Positions 14,846-17,268 of a stretch of DNA of 17,268 nucleotides are shown here, piece after piece (within the stretch, counting starts at the first letter, position 1; every line of letters starts with the position of its first letter). The notes beneath the pieces are model-generated. The model did no database searches. It was not told the origin of the DNA and was given only the letters and a program-made list of their open reading frames with translations. The DNA comes from Candidatus Micrarchaeaceae archaeon (lineage in GTDB: Archaea; Micrarchaeota; Micrarchaeia; Micrarchaeales; CABMGC01): assembly GCA_038878295.1 (NCBI GenBank), contig JAVZVY010000016.1, positions 1 to 17,268 of the forward strand, in the 5' to 3' direction. A program made the position numbers and the translations under genes.

Positions 14846-15514
14846 TTATCTGATTCCTGTATTGTTTGTTTTATGGAATTCGTCAACCACTGTGTCGGCC
14901 GCGCGGTAAAGCATGTTGAGCCCGACTACCGCTAACACGACTATTATAGTAACTGAAGATAGTATGAACGCGCTGAAATTGAACTCTTGATAATTTGAGA
15001 AGTATACGGGCATAAGCAATATGAAGCCTATAAGGAACACGAGAAATATTGTCGAAGCCGCAACAGCTATCTCTATGTACCTGTGTTCGAACATTGCTGA
15101 CAATGATACATACAGTGCCATGAGTATGCCGCCAGTTGTGAACAATAGGATGAGCGAAGACATAGAACTAAATAGTATCATAGGTATGAGGAAAAGTATT
15201 GTGAATAGTACCATGGTTATCAAAAGTTTGCCGAGGTATTTCGCGTGACTGCGATGCTCAAGTTCATTCATAATCGATGTTGTGCGCACATGCGCGTTCA
15301 CTATGCTCCCTATTATGACTATCAAGGCCGAAACAAACATGATCACGTATAAATACAATATCTGCAGACTGCTTGCCCCATAAAACTGTTGGAAAACAAA
15401 AGCCATAATCAGAGAAATGCTGTAAATTATTGAGAATAGAACAAACGAAAAGCCGATTGCCCGATTATTCTGGAATACTATAAACCTCTTTATGTGTTCC
15501 CTCGAATAGTGCAT
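14846..15514 (-). CDS. Hypothetical integral membrane protein (~6 TM helices)
   Basis: Six long hydrophobic segments. ATG 15514 lies 28 nt downstream of a TTTTTAAA TATA box, so it is preferred over 15598. Confidence 0.8.
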   Translation of the reverse strand: MHYSREHIKRFIVFQNNRAIGFSFVLFSIIYSISLIMAFVFQQFYGASSLQILYLYVIMFVSALIVIIGSIVNAHVRTTSIMNELEHRSHAKYLGKLLITMVLFTILFLIPMILFSSMSSLILLFTTGGILMALYVSLSAMFEHRYIEIAVAASTIFLVFLIGFILLMPVYFSNYQEFNFSAFILSSVTIIVVLAVVGLNMLYRAADTVVDEFHKTNNTGIR

Positions 15515-15542
15515 TCTATCAGACCCATATAGTGCTTCCAAA

Positions 15543-15550
15543 TTTAAAAA
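15543..15550 (-). promoter_or_regulatory. TATA box for a probably leaderless transcript
   Basis: The minus strand reads AATAACC TTTTTAAA, 28 nt before ATG 15514. Confidence 0.55.
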
Positions 15551-15618
15551 GGTTATTGTAGTTAGCCAAAAATAGGCGCGGCATAGTCTGCAGCTCATTT
15601 TTCGTTAGAGTATGAGAT

Positions 15619-16479
15619 TTATATTAGCAGCAAGAATATTATGTTGCCGAGAAGAAGTGAAATTATTGTACCTATAAACGTGAAAAGGGCCAATGGCACT
15701 GCATGCTTGTATACTGGTATCTTAACCTTCATATCTTGTATTTTTTGAATTAAATCTGTGGTTGCAAGTCTCCCAAAGAGACTTGTCTTTTTCTTAAAAG
15801 AAGCGATCTCCTTTTTGCTCATGAAATTTACAGCTATCATATCGCCGGGTTCTATCTGCTTGGGATATATGAATTCTATCATACCTAGATTTATCCGCTT
15901 CTCGAACAGGCTTATTGCTACTGACGATGCTGCGAGAATGGTTATTATCGATAGGGCAGCGATTTTTATGCCAAAAATATATGTGATGTAAACAGCAAGC
16001 ATAAGGTATGCAAAGAAAAGCAGAAGCGTCCTCAAAATTTCTGCCGCGCCTATCCGAATCCGCGCAACTTTTACACTAGGGGACCTAAACATATAGTATA
16101 TTGGCACTGCAACTAGCGCAACGATGCCAGTTGAAAGGAATACTGAGAATATGAATGGGAAGCCTAACTGGTCAACAGAGATGAGCAACGGCGCCGGCTG
16201 TATCGGCAGAAGTAGGGATATCGTTGCGAATTCAAGGCTGTCGCCAAGGCCAAGCTGCCCTATTTTGTAAAGCACGTAGCCTATGCCGCCTATGCCAAGC
16301 GCCAGCAGTATGCTGATAAACGCAGTGCTTAGCCCATATGTAAGCGTTGCAGCTATGCCTATCGCAAGCCCGGAGTATACGAAAGTGTCAGGAACATTGC
16401 GCTTGTTGTAAACGTCGAAAATTGCATAGATTAGAGTTATTATGATTAATATTGTTATTCTGATCGTGTCTAAAATCAT
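15619..16479 (-). CDS. Prepilin/prearchaellin peptidase, family A24 (PibD/FlaK-like)
   Basis: Polytopic membrane protein with both catalytic Asp motifs, YAIFDVYNKRNVPD and GQLGLGD (GxGD); C-terminal I.PGD and PLALF..IG.IISLLLGN. Start may be 16479 or 16524. Confidence 0.88.
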   Translation of the reverse strand: MILDTIRITILIIITLIYAIFDVYNKRNVPDTFVYSGLAIGIAATLTYGLSTAFISILLALGIGGIGYVLYKIGQLGLGDSLEFATISLLLPIQPAPLLISVDQLGFPFIFSVFLSTGIVALVAVPIYYMFRSPSVKVARIRIGAAEILRTLLLFFAYLMLAVYITYIFGIKIAALSIITILAASSVAISLFEKRINLGMIEFIYPKQIEPGDMIAVNFMSKKEIASFKKKTSLFGRLATTDLIQKIQDMKVKIPVYKHAVPLALFTFIGTIISLLLGNIIFLLLI

Positions 16480-16718
16480 TCTACCAGTCAGCGCTTTTAG
16501 AAGGGCATATACGTTATTGTACATAAACTTTAAATAATTTATTTTAGAGAATCATTAGCAGGTGCAGATTGTGCAGACGTTGCTACTGTTTGCAAAAACA
16601 GAAATTGCAGATAGAGGTAGCGTATGCAATAATTCCTACTTTTACAATATATGTGGCCTCTGGGCTGCATGACCGCAAACCCTGTTTAATCTGTTTTTAG
16701 GTGTTTCGTGTGGCCCAA

Positions 16719-17042
16719 ATGAAAAAAATATATAGAGCAGATTATGCGAAAAGAATCAGCGAACGCGAAAGGCTAATAATCGCTGAAATAGGACGTGACA
16801 GAATCGACACAGCATCGAGCTTCGTTGATTACATGAATGACTTTTATGGTATTCCGAAAAGCTCTGTATGGTATCTGCTCAATTCGATGAAAAGGCGCGG
16901 GTTGGTGGATTTTGCATCAAAGGATGAGCTTGGTAAAGGCTTGTATTTGACAGAGAGTGGTCTGACATATCTAAGAGAAGCCACAGTGGCATACAAAGCA
17001 AGAATAATGCTTGCGATGCCTATTGCGAATGTGCGCGGTTAA
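16719..17042 (+). CDS. Winged helix-turn-helix protein, putative transcription regulator
   Basis: ISERERLII, YGIPKSSVWYLLNSMKRRGLVDF, GLYLTESG follow a wHTH pattern. Start is ATG 16719 or GTG 16701. Confidence 0.8.
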   Translation: MKKIYRADYAKRISERERLIIAEIGRDRIDTASSFVDYMNDFYGIPKSSVWYLLNSMKRRGLVDFASKDELGKGLYLTESGLTYLREATVAYKARIMLAMPIANVRG

Positions 17043-17268
17043 CTGCAGCTCGCTCGGCATTCAGCAGAGCGAGTTTTTTCTTCGGCCCTCCGGCAGAATA
17101 GTTTCCTATTTTGCCGTTGCTAAGTATCACTCTGTGGCATGGTATAACTACTGGAAGCGGGTTTTTGCTCAGGGCCGTACCTACAGCCCTATACGCATTT
17201 GGGTAACCTATTCTTACAGCTATTTCCTTGTACGACGCAGTTCTGCCTTTGGGTATTTTTAGCGTCTC
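17020..17268 (-). CDS. ogt: Methylated-DNA--protein-cysteine methyltransferase (N-terminus outside the window)
   Basis: Not in the ORF track; hand translation ETLKIPKGRTASYKEIAVRIGYPNAYRAVGTALSKNPLPVVIPCHRVILSNGKIGNYSAGGPKKKLALLNAERAAVNRAHSQ* with RAVG and active-site PCHRV. Confidence 0.96.
   Translation of the reverse strand, partial: ETLKIPKGRTASYKEIAVRIGYPNAYRAVGTALSKNPLPVVIPCHRVILSNGKIGNYSAGGPKKKLALLNAERAAVNRAHSQ

Noticed and set aside
16608..16690. Lysine-riboswitch-like start (AGATAGAGGTAGCG)
   Set aside because: It lacks the downstream conserved elements and is too short, and the downstream gene is unrelated to lysine.
17011..17262. 83-aa + strand ORF
   Set aside because: Antisense to ogt, which carries the PCHRV active site.
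1..17268. CRISPR array, IS/transposase, integrase, defence system, tRNA/rRNA genes
   Set aside because: No regularly spaced repeats, terminal inverted repeats or relevant protein motifs were seen; nearly all sequence is accounted for by recognisable genes.

Overview
Gene-dense archaeal chromosomal window of mostly housekeeping genes. Compact divergent proteins, GGTGAT-type RBS, BRE/TATA promoters and a direct AsnRS suggest a DPANN/Micrarchaeota-like lineage, but that assignment is inference. Contents in order: hisS (partial) and trxA; a + strand cluster of an acidic eL33/L35Ae-fold gene, an unannotated C/D box guide sRNA, a non-canonical histone, a Zn-ribbon protein and a PRC-barrel protein; the proteasome/exosome superoperon on the - strand (psmA, SBDS, rrp4, rrp41, rrp42, rpl37ae, a conserved hypothetical gene, rpoP); asnS; a transglutaminase-like protein lacking its catalytic Cys; mrp-cdc6-rnp3-rnp2; DUF72 and SSB; a beta-CASP RNase; a possible 40-aa microprotein; a ~6-TM protein; an A24 prepilin peptidase; a wHTH protein; and ogt (partial). 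No CRISPR array, IS element, tRNA or rRNA gene was seen. The strongest hidden signal is the C/D box sRNA at 1797-1845, whose D guide is complementary to a tRNA-Leu(CAA) anticodon arm and predicts Cm34. The five-component cluster containing it is the best candidate for an undescribed system, though a shared function is only inferred. All family assignments come from motif recognition by eye, not database searches.
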